A stretch of DNA of 63,919 nt, counting the filler, from Licmophora abbreviata (lineage: Eukaryota): NCBI GenBank assembly GCA_900291995.1. It is 9 parts of 9 records of this genome, joined end to end, with 100 filler letters (N's around TTAATTAATTAA, not from the genome) between each part and the next. Parts side by side here need not be neighbours in the genome. Positions count along the whole stretch, not along the records: positions 1 to 22,441 come from OLMU01005382.1; 8 more parts are not named here. One strand, given 5' to 3'. The notes beneath the pieces were generated by a model. That model made no database searches. It had not been told where the DNA came from and saw nothing but the letters and a program-made list of their open reading frames with translations. The translations under genes were made by a program, and so were the position numbers. Positions 1 to 11,985 of this stretch are shown piece by piece. Within the stretch, counting starts at the first letter, position 1. Every line of letters begins with the position of its first letter.

Positions 1-825
1 TTTACACTTTCGCCTGATGAGACAATAGAAAAATAATAGTAGAGAATGAGACAAGACCAAAAGAAAAAAAGCAAACCTGTCGCAGTATAACTACTTACCC
101 GCCCCACAAAAGGCAATATCCGACTTTCCCAACTGGATCTGTTCAAATCCCGTCCCAATGCAGTGCGCTCCGGTACTGCACGCACTGGAGATGGAAAAGC
201 TGGGTCCCTGCACCTTAAAGGCCGTGGCCAGAACGGCCGAGCAGGTGGATCCCATGGAACGCGTGACTCGAAAGGGCCCGACCTTGTTCTTCCAACGCTT
301 GCCGCCCCCCTCGACGGCATGGACCGTTTCGACGATATCCGGAATACTGGTACCGCCCTGTCCAATAATGGCAGCGACACGAGGATTCTCTTCGTAGTCC
401 TCCGGTTTGAGTTGGGAGTCTTGAATGGCCCGATCGAGTGCGACGTAGGCATACTTGGCGTTGATGCCACAGAAGCGGAGGGATGCCTTGGGGATGAGTT
501 CCTTAAAGTCGTCGTCGGTGAGGGAGGGGATGCCGCGGACTTGGGATTTGATGCCGAGTTCGGCGCACTGTTCGGCAAAGGTGATTCCGGACTTGCATTC
601 GTGGAGGGATTCCTTGACGTCGTCGAGGGTGTTGCCGAGGCAGGAGACGATGCCCATGCCGGTGACGACGACGCGTTTCAAGCCAGTGACGGGAGTTGCG
701 GTCATGGAGAGAGAAGTAGTGGCGTGTCCCCCAAATCCCATCGGCGGCGCAGTGGCGACAAAGGCATAGGATCCATTTTTCAGCGAGACAGCAGCGACCA
801 CGAGGAACAACGTGAACTTGATCAT
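1..825 (-). CDS. fabB: Plastid-targeted beta-ketoacyl-ACP synthase I (FabB-type), 3' part runs off window
   Basis: RVVVTGMGIVSCLG and SISSACSTGAHCIG (catalytic Cys), very like E. coli FabB. Signal peptide from ATG 825 ends SYA-FV. Intron 14..98 (GTAAGT...TCAG) joins FCGAG-ESV. Confidence 0.9.
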
Positions 826-1435
826 GCTTGGAGAAAGACAGTTCGAGCGCATAGTGCCAAAAGAAGAGACTCTCGACGGAGCTACTACAACAATGCTCTT
901 TTTTGTTGAGAGAGAGATCCTTCGAGTTCGTCGTCGCCGTCGTCCCAGAAACCTGCGATGCAACACACGAAGGCTCCTGTCGTGGGAACTAGGGGTGTCA
1001 TTTGGTTTTAGTATCCTATTCAAACCATCAATAATATACTATTGCAAACTGGTATTGCCAATTCCAAATGATTGACTGACGTGTTGGCGGCAAGTTTTGG
1101 ACTAGTTCACGTGCGTGTTCAACTCTCTGTAGAATCTCCGTACACGCTTACGTAGGATCGCCTTGGACACTAATTCACGTCGCAATAAGGGATCCGTTTC
1201 GAAACAAAAAAAATACCCCAAAATCGACGTCGATCCAGATAGAGAGAGGGGAGGGCGACGCAAACGGACCACACTTTCTGCATCCCACCACACCGCTTTT
1301 AGTAGTATTATATTGCTATACAGCGAACCAACCAAAGGATACCAAGCACCAGAGTCAGTTTGTTGTCTACTTGAATTGAGATTCTTGCTGCTCGTTCTGC
1401 TTTTTTGACTTTCGGCATTCGTCGACAAAGACACG

Positions 1436-2680
1436 ATGAAATTCACCTCAGCTTCATCCGCGCTATCATCACTGCTACTGCTGCTGTCGTCGTCGGCATG
1501 TGCTTTTACAGCAAAGCCAGCTTTTCGCCGTAGTACTCCTACTACTACGACTTCCCTCACCATGGCCTCCGGCGGTCCCCTGGGAGGCCGCATGATTGGC
1601 ATTGGCAGTGCCACTCCCAACACGGTCGTTACCAACGTCGACCTCGAACAAGTCGTCGAGACCTCCGACGAATGGATTCAGACTCGTACAGGCATTGCCC
1701 AGCGACGTTTGCTCCAACAGGGCGAGAACTTGCACGACCTTGGCACAAAGGCAGCCCAGCAGGCCTTGGACATGAGCGGCGTCGACGCCAAGGACCTCGA
1801 CATGGTCGTCTGTGCGACCTCCTCTCCCGATGACCTCTTTGGGGATGCCACTACCATTTGTGCCAATCTCGGATGTACCACAGAGACTGTGGGCTTTGAT
1901 GTTGTGGCCGCCTGCAGTGGATTTTTATTTGGAATGGTCACTGCCTCGCAATTCTTGCATTCGGGAAGTGCCAATAAAGTCTTGGTGGTGGGGGCGGATG
2001 CCTTGAGTCGATGGGTGGACTGGGATGATAGGAATGTCTGTATTCTCTTTGGGGATGCAGCAGGAGCCATGGTCATGGAGCGAGATGCGGATGCGCCAGG
2101 ATTGTTGGGGTATGCGGCGCATTCCAATGGACATGGACTTCGAGACTTGAATGTGGGGTGAGTGTTTTTAGAAAAGGATTTTTGGTAAAACTAGGGTGTG
2201 TGCAAGCCCAACAGCACTCGTGTATACAAACCTTGATTTTTTTGAACGACAACTTTACACAGGTACGGAGGAGAACCTCGCAAGGTCGAAACTCCCGGAG
2301 AGGGCACGACACTCACGAGTGGTTCCTACAACAAGCTCGCCATGAACGGCCGAGAGGTCTACAAGTTTGCCACACGCGAGGTACCCGCCGTCCTCGAAGA
2401 GGCCCTGGCGGCAGCCGATATGTCCATAGACAACGTCGATTGGCTCCTCTTGCATCAAGCCAACATTCGGATCATGGAAACAGTAGCGTCGCGATTGGGA
2501 ATTCCCATGGAAAAGGTTATTACCAACTTGAGTCAATATGGAAATACCAGTGCTGCTTCTATTCCCTTGGCATTTGATGAGGCAGTGCGTCAAGGCAAGG
2601 TCAAAAAGGGAGATGTCATTGCGTGTGCAGGATTTGGGGCGGGACTCTCCTGGGGGTCTGCCATTATTCGGTGGGGATGA
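1436..2680 (+). CDS. fabH: Plastid-targeted beta-ketoacyl-ACP synthase III (KAS III)
   Basis: [18 protein letters not shown] (Cys), LHQANIRI (His), GNTSAASIP (Asn), GFGAGLSWG. Intron 2158..2262 joins the two ORFs in frame. ACA-FT leader. Confidence 0.96.
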
Positions 2681-2857
2681 AGGAGAATCATGGTATGATG
2701 ATAGCGCGACGATGGGGATGCGATAGGAGGAAACATGACGGCGACTCAAAAGGCCCGTAGACTATTAAATGGTCACCAAGAATGCTACTAAACAAGCTTA
2801 GACTTCAACTAGTCTACCCTTGGTACTGACTGACTTATACCTCTTAGCGATCCGGGG

Positions 2858-3859
2858 TTAGGCCGACACTGGCGTGTCGTCCTCAGCTTTCGTCGGTACT
2901 GTTGTCGAACCACCCAACACGCCACAGTCCACAACCACAACGTCTACAGTTGGAACGCCTCGTTTGGTAAAGATAGATGTTTCCTGCAGAAACTGCAGTG
3001 ACTCTGATGTCAATCGTCCAAAGGGAACGTGGCGGCCATCGAGCTGTGGGGCCATATCGGTACAAATGACAAACCGAGAATCGATCTCGTTGACATGCGG
3101 GGACAACATAGTCACGACGCCTGGAACATGCCACAAAACGAGTGAATCCTCCTGATAGAGCTTGTGTGTGTCACTCAACGAAGGATGGCAGTGTCCCACC
3201 AAGCGTTTGTTCGTGGAATACGGCACATCGGCATCAGGACCGTCATCCTTCATGTTTATTCCGCGAGTCGTTAAACTTCCCATGACCCATCCGACGCTCT
3301 TTTCCATGCGGTTGACTTGACTGTTCACATAGAGTCTATCTTGACAAAGAAGTTTGAAATTACGACAAGTTTCGGGAGTGGCAAATGCGGCCAACTCCAC
3401 CTCCAGTCTCGTCGGCTGTGACAAAGACCCTTCCGAAGTAGTATTCGCATCCGACTCTTCCTGCTGCACTTTATCTTGAATCTGAACATCCAAAAACACT
3501 CTTTCAATGCCATCTTTGTTGCTCAGTTCAAAGACCTTGTCATTCCACTCGTTCTTTTCCTCCAGAGCCGGGAAATCCCAGTGGTCACCCTGCAGGTGCC
3601 GCCCGCCCAATCCTGCTCGAAAGTTGTGAAACCATCCATGTCCGCGACTCCCTCTCGTACCAGTCCCAAACAAGCGGAACTGTTGGCTTGAGGTCACAGT
3701 GGGGGACCTGGGATCATGCAAGGAAAAGAAAGGGGAATGTGCTGCGCCGCTCTGGCGAGCCACCGAGGGTCTTGACCACCACCGTTGAAACGCAGCACTA
3801 CGCTGAAGTAGTGTTAAATTTCGCGACATGCGGCGCGCTTGATCTAAGGCCAAGGCCAT
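2858..3859 (-). CDS. Divergent cyclophilin-like domain protein, probable mitochondrial presequence
   Basis: RVFLDVQI, PETCRNFKLLC, DSRFVICT, PQLDGRHVPFGR match the cyclophilin fold. Arg/Ser-rich N-terminus. Start codon uncertain. Confidence 0.7.
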   Translation of the reverse strand: MALALDQARRMSRNLTLLQRSAAFQRWWSRPSVARQSGAAHSPFFSLHDPRSPTVTSSQQFRLFGTGTRGSRGHGWFHNFRAGLGGRHLQGDHWDFPALEEKNEWNDKVFELSNKDGIERVFLDVQIQDKVQQEESDANTTSEGSLSQPTRLEVELAAFATPETCRNFKLLCQDRLYVNSQVNRMEKSVGWVMGSLTTRGINMKDDGPDADVPYSTNKRLVGHCHPSLSDTHKLYQEDSLVLWHVPGVVTMLSPHVNEIDSRFVICTDMAPQLDGRHVPFGRLTSESLQFLQETSIFTKRGVPTVDVVVVDCGVLGGSTTVPTKAEDDTPVSA

Positions 3860-4380
3860 TCCTCGTCTCTTGGTTTCTTTCCTTTGACCGAAACAAGGTT
3901 GACTCGGGAGGACTGACAGCGTCAAACGACGGCCCAACACTCTCATGGGCATCAACACCGCCTGCCGCCGTTCTTTTGGCTGGCGGGTGAACATCAGACG
4001 AAGGTAGTGTCGGCGCTATCTTTCAAGAGAGCTCGAACGGATGATGTTCAAATCGCTGTTGGTGTCGCAGCTCAGCTGTGTATGGCTGATTCAAATACCG
4101 GAATCCTTCGAGCTGTTCAATCGCATGTTGACCCTTCATGCTAGACTTTGAAATTTCTGACCCTTCCACTGGATTCTAGTAAAGAGACCCCGCGAAGAAT
4201 ACAACTGACTTTCCTTGCGATCACCAGCACTCTATCTAGTCTACTACTCGGAGTAGAGTTTTGTAATCATAGCTAGGGTAGCCTAAAGCTCTACTCCAGG
4301 TGCCCGGGTACCCCAGCTCTTCTCTGCTTCTCATTTAATAAATACGGTTACACATGCGCCCCCATCATCTGTTCAACAGG

Positions 4381-5129
4381 TTACTCGAAGTCTATGTACA
4401 TGTACTCTTCAATGGAGGATCGTGCGTCCTTTAGCCACTGGCGGCGGTGCGTGTGTCTTTCTTTGACCTTTTCGGCTGTCTTCTTCACGCTCTTTTTAAT
4501 CACCTCCTCCGTAGATTTGGCCATGTGCTTATCCTCGCGGTGTTTCAATTCATGAAAAAGTGCTCCAACCTCTTCTTCGATTGCATGCAGCAATGCTTTC
4601 TCTCCCTTCTCGACTGCATGCAAGAGACTAACCTCCACTTCGTGCTCTGGGCCCGCCTCTGGCCAGGCATAGGGAGAGTGCGTGAGAATGGTTCCTTCTT
4701 CCGCATGCTGACTTACAGCTTTCTTCACTTTAGCCGCCCCCTTTTCCACAGCCTTCTTCGCCTTTGCGGACACTTCAGCTTTCTTCGTACTTTCGGACTT
4801 GTGAAAGATGGTATCTACTTCTGTTTCGATTGCTTGAGCCAGGGCTGTCTCAACCTTTCCTACTGCCGCAAGAATCGTAGCGGCGAACCGCTTATGTTCC
4901 TCTCCGTCGTCTGGTTGCTTTGAAAGTTTGTTTTCAGTGCCTCTGAAAAATTTCGTGACGGAGCAGAACGCAGCATTGCATTAGAGAGGACGTTGCAAGC
5001 TCACACGACGACCGACTTTCAATCACCGGCAACTCACCCTCCTCGGACACCAAATACGAGACACTGGCGACTTTCAAAGGCAACAGAGGCACACAAGGAG
5101 GGCAGCAAGGTAAGGATGAGGACTCTCAT
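4381..5129 (-). CDS. Signal-peptide protein, Lys/Glu/Ala/His-rich with internal helical repeat (217 aa, 2 exons)
   Basis: Exon 1 5129..5038 (MRVLILTLLPSLCASVAFESRQCLVFGVRGG), intron 5037..4943 (GTGAGT...TTTTTCAG), exon 2 in frame with the ORF ending 4381. Confidence 0.7.
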
Positions 5130-5652
5130 ATTGGTGGAATACCCTGTAAGAGGGTGTTCGATTGTGATTGCTGACTTGACACTATCAATCGAACATCATG
5201 TCACGGGGGTCACGGGTTCTCATTCAAAACGAGCACCTACCGGTACTCGTGACCCGACTGGTCGTGAGTCAGTCACATCACGAGTGAGTCACTCATCAGT
5301 CTGCCGGTCACTCCGTTTTCGCTCGGCGACACTACAAGGGTACACTATGATAGTCTGTGGAGTCGATTTCTTACGTACTTGCTCAAAGTCTGCAACGCAT
5401 GGGGGGAATTGCGTCTACCTACCTTCCTTTTCCAGTAGTTGCACTGCAGTTCTAGCTTAGCTTTTCATAGTTTAGACTGTATTAGCATTGGCGCGCGATA
5501 GCTATTGTGCGCTCTTTCTTGGCAAGTAAATGATGACAACAGACATGCATATGGTAGTGGTGACATGCGTGGGATAGCTAGCCGTGATTTCGAGGCTTCT
5601 TGCGAGTAATGAGTTGATTCGAGATAGGGATTTCGCTCCCCAGCAAACATCA

Positions 5653-6534
5653 TCATCGTAGAGCCATCGTTTCTGCGCCACGCATTGTGTCAAGATCCAT
5701 CTCGACTTCGTCGAGACTCGCCTCTGTTTCAACCATATCATATGACGGTTGCTTGTTCAGTTCAATCTTAGCTCCCACAGCAGTCGACTCTTCGTTCGAA
5801 GCATAACTCTTGGCGGACCCCGCCTTCATGGACAGAATAAAGGTCCACGCCAATCCACAGACGGATAGGAACGGAATCTGAAGATCCTCGGGTACGTAGC
5901 CAAACTGCACAAACTGTACGGGGATCCAGAACAACAAGTTCCTTTGCATGAGCGGAATAAAGTTCTCTTGCGCACGCTGGACAGCCCCAGGCATGTCGAG
6001 TCCTTGCACAAATCCAGTCAGCGCAAAGAAGACGGGATAGTACATGAAGGGGACAATACCAAGTTGCGACGCCAACGTCTGTTCCATAGCAGGGGCTGTA
6101 GCATCCAGAGAAGACGGCAAGACGTGGGAAAGGAACTGCCCGTGACAGTGTGCGACAATCAAAGGAAAGGCCGCATGCTGCAGTGCTCGATACAAAGAAT
6201 CAAAAATGCCAAAGGACACAGCTCTGCTGAGATCGTATTTCTCCGATTGCTGGGATTTCTGTGCAATGGCATCCCCCATGACAGCGAGAGTGGCCCCAGT
6301 GGCCATCTTGGTCGGTAAAGGGTCAGAGGAGAGTGCATGCGTATATTGACTCAGCAGATTCTGAGGTATGTGAGTGAGTTGGTGCAGGAAAGGTTTGGAA
6401 TGAATCGCGGTCTGCCGCATGACGTGAAGAGTCTCGTGTGAGGGCGGCATGAGGTGAAAGCCACAAACCAGCACGGCATACTGACTGAGGAGCGCTGCAG
6501 TGAGCAGTAGAATCGTCTGAAGTCGAGCCATCAT
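5653..6534 (-). CDS. Mpv17/PMP22 family membrane protein with signal peptide
   Basis: PLPTKMATGATLAVMGDAIAQ, YDLSRAVSF, FWIPVQFVQFGYVP, WTFILS. Confidence 0.85.
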   Translation of the reverse strand: MMARLQTILLLTAALLSQYAVLVCGFHLMPPSHETLHVMRQTAIHSKPFLHQLTHIPQNLLSQYTHALSSDPLPTKMATGATLAVMGDAIAQKSQQSEKYDLSRAVSFGIFDSLYRALQHAAFPLIVAHCHGQFLSHVLPSSLDATAPAMEQTLASQLGIVPFMYYPVFFALTGFVQGLDMPGAVQRAQENFIPLMQRNLLFWIPVQFVQFGYVPEDLQIPFLSVCGLAWTFILSMKAGSAKSYASNEESTAVGAKIELNKQPSYDMVETEASLDEVEMDLDTMRGAETMALR

Positions 6535-6998
6535 CGTCCCTCTGATTGGATTGATTTTCAAGGTGATGGACTAGATTGTGAGATGTCTCGCTCTCGTCAG
6601 GTCAGAAATTGAAAATAGATGAGTGGCTTTCTCGGCTTCCTCGCGTGCCTTCGTCAGAGGCTGAATTTGCATTTTTCACGATTGAGATTTTCTGTACTGC
6701 GTGTACGTAGATCCTACGGCACTCTCAACTTCAACCGTCGCGTCAGTGAAGTGAGGTCTGTCTGTCTGTGCCTTTTTCTCGTTCCAACTCACAATGTGAC
6801 ACAGATAGGTCCGACCGAAGCAGCGGCGCTGTAACAGGCGCCTCAAGGAGCTTCTTAGGTTCTCAACTTTCTTCCTGACACTTCTCCCTCTAAAGGAAGA
6901 AAGATAAGGCGCTGACTCGATCTGGAAAGTTCGGGAGGGCGAGGAACTCGGTTCGGCCTCGGCTCGGACTATTTCGAAACGGACCTTCAGCCGTACGG

Positions 6999-7340
6999 AT
7001 GCCACCCTCTTCTCACTTGTGGGTTCCCCACAACGCTAGCAAGCTGCGGCATCTCACGAATTCCAACACCCGCAAGGAAGCACTGTCGCTCTACCGTGAA
7101 ATATTAAGAACCTGCAAAGCCTTTCACTGGTGCGACGAAAACAAGAGGCCGTGGAATGTCAAACTGAAACAGGAAGCTCGGAAAGAATTTGAACAGTCCA
7201 AGGAAGAAACCGACCCATTGATTATTGCACGAATGCTGGTCACGGGGAGAGACTGCGTACAACAGATTCAAAACAAGTTCAACCAAGCGGACCGGGCTGC
7301 GTGGGATCGAATTGAACGAGACAGCAGTCGGAGGAGCTAG
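6999..7340 (+). CDS. LYR-motif (Complex 1 LYR family) mitochondrial protein
   Basis: ALSLYREILR...ARKEFE, the typical LYRM pattern. Confidence 0.8.
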   Translation: MPPSSHLWVPHNASKLRHLTNSNTRKEALSLYREILRTCKAFHWCDENKRPWNVKLKQEARKEFEQSKEETDPLIIARMLVTGRDCVQQIQNKFNQADRAAWDRIERDSSRRS

Positions 7341-7501
7341 TGTCATCAGACATTTTTACCTTCGAGCATCCACGAGACGACGGGAGAGTGACGGTTTTGG
7401 GACTGATGACATGATTTTTTCATCAGATAAAGCAAGCTATATACGGTACGGCGACGACACGCTATCGAACTGCAGGCAACCAAGCACAACTTTGCTCCCC
7501 A

Positions 7502-9451
7502 TCACGAAGAAGACTTTCGAATCGAAGCAGCCAGACTTTCTAGCCCACTCGCCAAAACGTCGCCCGCCCGCGCCAACACAGTAGAAGCTGCTGTTGGAAG
7601 ACAGAAAACTGACAGTCCGAGTCCCACTACCAGCAGAACGGCACGGACATGCAACACAGGTACATCGGGCACCTGCAACAACGCCATCAATAGTTTGCCT
7701 CTGATTCCAGCGTACGGATGTGCGCGTACCATTCCAAAGTCACTCCCCGCAACGACCGGTCGATAGACGGTTGAGTATTTGTGCGTGAAGGTATCAAACG
7801 AGAACTTTCCGTGGTACATGCCGTAACCACTACTTCCCAGACCGCCAATGGGAAGATGCGCACTGCCAAAGTGCAGGACGCAGTCATTGCGCATGCCAGA
7901 GGCGGCCGGACAAGAGTCAATCATTTCCCGATACACGGACTCGGAGTTTGTGAAAACGTAGAATGCGAGCGGTGTGCCATGCTGATGATGGGGATTGATG
8001 CATGCGCGAAGTGTGAGTGGTGACAATTGCAGCGACGACAATAACAAGCACACTCTCGACATTAAAAACAACATCCGACGTACTCGTTCATTGATAAATT
8101 CAATCGCTTCGTCTCTTGATTCCACAACTACAACGGGAAGAACTGGTCCAAAGATCTCTTCGCGAAGAAGGCGAGAGTTCCTTGGCGGGTTTACAACGAC
8201 TGTTGGTGCTACATATCGCACTTTAGCATTGCAAGCGGAAGATCCGCCACATAGCACATGCGTCGACGTGTGTCCCTCAACCTCCTTGAGCATACCTACG
8301 AGACGTTCCGCATGCGAAACCTGTACCAGTCGACCTAGTTCGGAAGTTTGTGGGTCTTTGGTGAACTGACTGTGAGAATGAGAGGAGAATGGTGGGTAAG
8401 CCTGTTGTCTTTGCTAGTTGCGCGATCTACAACAGGCTAGGGGAACCTTCACCAGGTACCTACCGTTCCAGACTATTCACGAGCTCTTTGCAGAGTCGAT
8501 CCGCATGCTTCTGGTGACAGACGACATAGTCTGGTGCGACACACTAATGATGAAGGCAGCAAGATGTGAGCAACTTTTGAGTGCAAAAATAATGCGTATG
8601 CACGAGGACTCACGGTCTGGCCGGTATTGAGCGTCTTGCCCCATACGATACGATTGGCCACAACTTCTAGATTAGAGGGACACGTTTCGTCGACGACCAC
8701 AGGTGACTTTCCTCCCAGCTCCAGCACAGTCGGCGTAAGTGTCTTGGCCGTGGATTCTCCGACGATCCTCCCGACTCTTTCTGATCCGGTAAAGAAGACC
8801 ATGCCCCAGGGTTGATCGAGCAACATTGAGGTCTCCTTCACTCCCCCTTCAACGACTGGTAAAGCGATGTACGGTTTGTGAATGTCAGTATGAAGTCCAC
8901 CATATCGCAGTCGGACCCTCCACTTACTGACGGCACGCACCTTGCACAACTCCTGGCTCCAAGTACCGTTCCAAAAGCTTCTTCAGTAGACTGGAAGTAG
9001 CCGTGCAGAGTTCACTAGGTTTCAGTAGAACAGGATTCCCAGCCATGACAGCTGCTACTGTAGGAATAATGCTGATTTGCAGTGGATAGTTTGACGGCCC
9101 GATAACCAGCACACCGGGAGATCGCAGCGGACGGTGTTCTATTCGACTGAACCCAACCGCACAATGAATCGGAGAGGGCAACATGTCTGGAGCCATCCAC
9201 TGCTTCAGGTTTTTCAGATAGTAGTCGATTTCTTTTTCACTGTACAGTATTTCTGTCGCCAGGGCCTCGTGTGCATCCTTGCCCAGATCTGCGTGTAGCG
9301 CCTGGATCCACTCGTCGCGGTGATTCGAAAGAGCGCGCTGGAGCAGCTTGAGCTGCTTGCGGCGCCACTCGTACGATAGATTGACACCGCTCTTGTGCGT
9401 GTCCTGCATCACAGCACGCATGGCCTGAAGTTTCGAGTCCGTCAGCGGCAT
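7502..9451 (-). CDS. Aldehyde dehydrogenase, ALDH3/fatty-aldehyde type (multi-exon)
   Basis: IGPSNYP, LKPSE, FFTGSERVG, LELGGKSP (catalytic Glu), NTGQT|CVAPDY (catalytic Cys across an intron), EEIFGPVLP, GGLGSSGYGMYHGKFSFDTF, C-terminal hydrophobic anchor. Confidence 0.92.
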
Positions 9452-9882
9452 GGTGGTGATGGGAGTAGGAGAGAAAGAGAGACAAAGAAGTATGAACGAG
9501 ATGCAACACGGCGATGCGATCAAGAAAAGATTCTGTCTTCGAATTTTGATTTTTTTTCTCGGACACTCGTCGATACCGACACCCCCCCCCGACGGCTAGA
9601 CGATGAATGTGTCACTTCATCAAACGTCATCATGACATCAGTTTGACACTCCCCCGATGAGGCTCTGAGATGTGTCCACTCTCCAGCTGTTGTGTGTCTC
9701 CCAGATTCCTCATTGAATTCACCATCACTATCATTTTCCGGCGACACCGAGAACTTCATACGCGGAGGAGTGATGCTGGATCACGACCGCCAAGATGATG
9801 GCTCACACTTCTTTCTCTCGTGACAACGAAAATCGAGGACCTGGGTAAAGTCGTTCCATTCATTGTCGGAGAAGTTTCAGCC

Positions 9883-11537
9883 ATGTCGAAGGACGCCAAG
9901 AAGAAGAAGCACCCCCTAGAGCACTTGATCGCCGGTGGAACGGCCGGCTTCGTCGAGAGTTCCGTGTGTCATCCACTCGACACAATCAAGGTACGAAATT
10001 CGAAACTGAGAAACGGTGGCTCGTGTCGAACATGATGCAGTAGGAAGAAGCGTCTGCAACACCAGTACTCACGTCACTGTGTGGATCTTTCTTGTTCACG
10101 ACTCTCACTCCTCTCCCTTCGACTTTCGATCACAGACTCGCATGCAGCTGCGTCGTCAGAGCAACACGCTGGAAGCTGTGAGAGCTCGTAGCAGTCTCGT
10201 CGAGCCCGCCTTACGTCTCAAACACAGTCTGCAAGAACCTGCGCTCCGATTGAAGCACAGCCTGCAAGATCCTTTGCACAGTCTTATGCCTCGTAACACT
10301 GTCAGTACGACCGCTGCTGCGACGACAGTCCTGCATCAGTCCAACTTGCACGAACCAGGCTTGAAGATGACGACTCCGTCGGCGCGAGTGCCTCAGCCTC
10401 CTTCCGGCAAGATCAACCATCCTGTCAAGGGCACTGTCAATGCACCCCTTGGTCCCATTGGTACGGCTCGCCGCATTGTCCAGCGTGAAGGTTTCCTTGC
10501 TCTATACAAAGGCCTTACGTCGGTCTGGACAGGCATTGTTCCCAAGATGGCCATTCGATTCGTGTCATTTGAATACTACCGTGACAACTTACACCAGTAT
10601 ACCAATGCTGATCCGAGTGCCAACACACCAACGTCCCAAGTGACATTTGCTGCGGGACTCGCTTCTGGATTGACCGAGGCTGTCATGGTCGTGACCCCCG
10701 CAGAGGTCTGTAAAATCCGTCAACAATCGCAGTATCATTCGCTTATGGATCCGAATGCGAGACAGCATCGCAAGTATACCAATTTCATTCAGACGGCTTA
10801 CACAATTGTCCGAGAGGAGGGCCCTGGTGCGCTCTACAAAGGTGTCGTCCCAACCATGCTGCGGCAGGGATGCAACCAGGCGGTCAACTTTACGGGGTAC
10901 CAATATGCCAAGAAAAGCAGTGAGTACAACTACATGGACGAGCTTTGTGTGTTGAGGCTCCGTTGCAGGTATTCATCCTGACACTTCTATGTGGCTCTTC
11001 CAACAATCTATAGTGCTGGAATATCAGCACAAGAGTGAACTCGATCATTGGCAAGCATTGGTGATTGGTGGTTTGAGTGGAGGCATGGGACCGTGTGTAA
11101 ACAATCCGCTGGGTGAGTGTGACGAAACGACAGTGGTGTAAGACGCAGGGGACTGAAGAAGTGCCTCACCCATCTCTTTTTCTTTGTCTTTTTCTTTTCC
11201 CTCGTACGTAGACGTGGTGAAGACTCGCTTGCAGAAGCAGGTAGTGCATCCTGGAAAAGACCCAAAGGTACATTGTGTGTGGCGTTGTCTACGTTTTTCG
11301 ATGCCGTATCGCCTTTACCTCAACGATCGTAACTCATGACACACTCCCACCTCACCTCACCTGACACAGTACACTGGACTACTCCAGGCCTGCATCTTGA
11401 TTGCAAAAGAGGAAGGCCCACTTGCATTGTGGAAGGGAATTACTCCTCGGTTGATGCGAATCATGCCAGGGCAGGCCATTACCTTCATGACGTACGAGTT
11501 TGTCAGCAAATCGCTGCACCAGTATGGGTTCTTTTAG
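9883..11537 (+). CDS. Mitochondrial carrier (succinate/fumarate or tricarboxylate type), multi-exon
   Basis: Three PX[DE]XXK signatures (HPLDTIK, TPAEVCK, NPL|DVVK), GIVPKMAIRF, RQGCNQAVNF, RIMPGQAITF. Confidence 0.9.
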
Positions 11538-11985
11538 AAAAGAAGCAAGGAAACAGTTTTGTCTTCTATAGGAGGAGAGATGATAGAGTAGTTCGTGAAT
11601 TAGAAGGCAGCAATAGCTTACCTGTACGACATCAAGACATCGAACGAGAACATAGCTTTTACAGGTTTTGGAGATTTATCTGGAGCTCGCACTCTCAAAC
11701 TCAACATCAGGCATGACGTCATGTTGTTCATACTTATGACATAGATACCCTGCGACAAATTTATTTATTGAAGCTGACTTGTTTTACGACATGGCGGGCC
11801 TCCTTTGTGCGGATCGTGCAACATTCTGCGCTCATGGCGACCGAACGGCGGCGTTTTCATCGTCAATGCAAGCACCATGACATCCAGTGAGCAGATAGGA
11901 CCGTCCTGGATGATATCCTTAGTCAATTTTCTGCACCATTCTGCCTCAACGCGATACAAAAAGGTTTCAAAATAGAGATTTGCAC

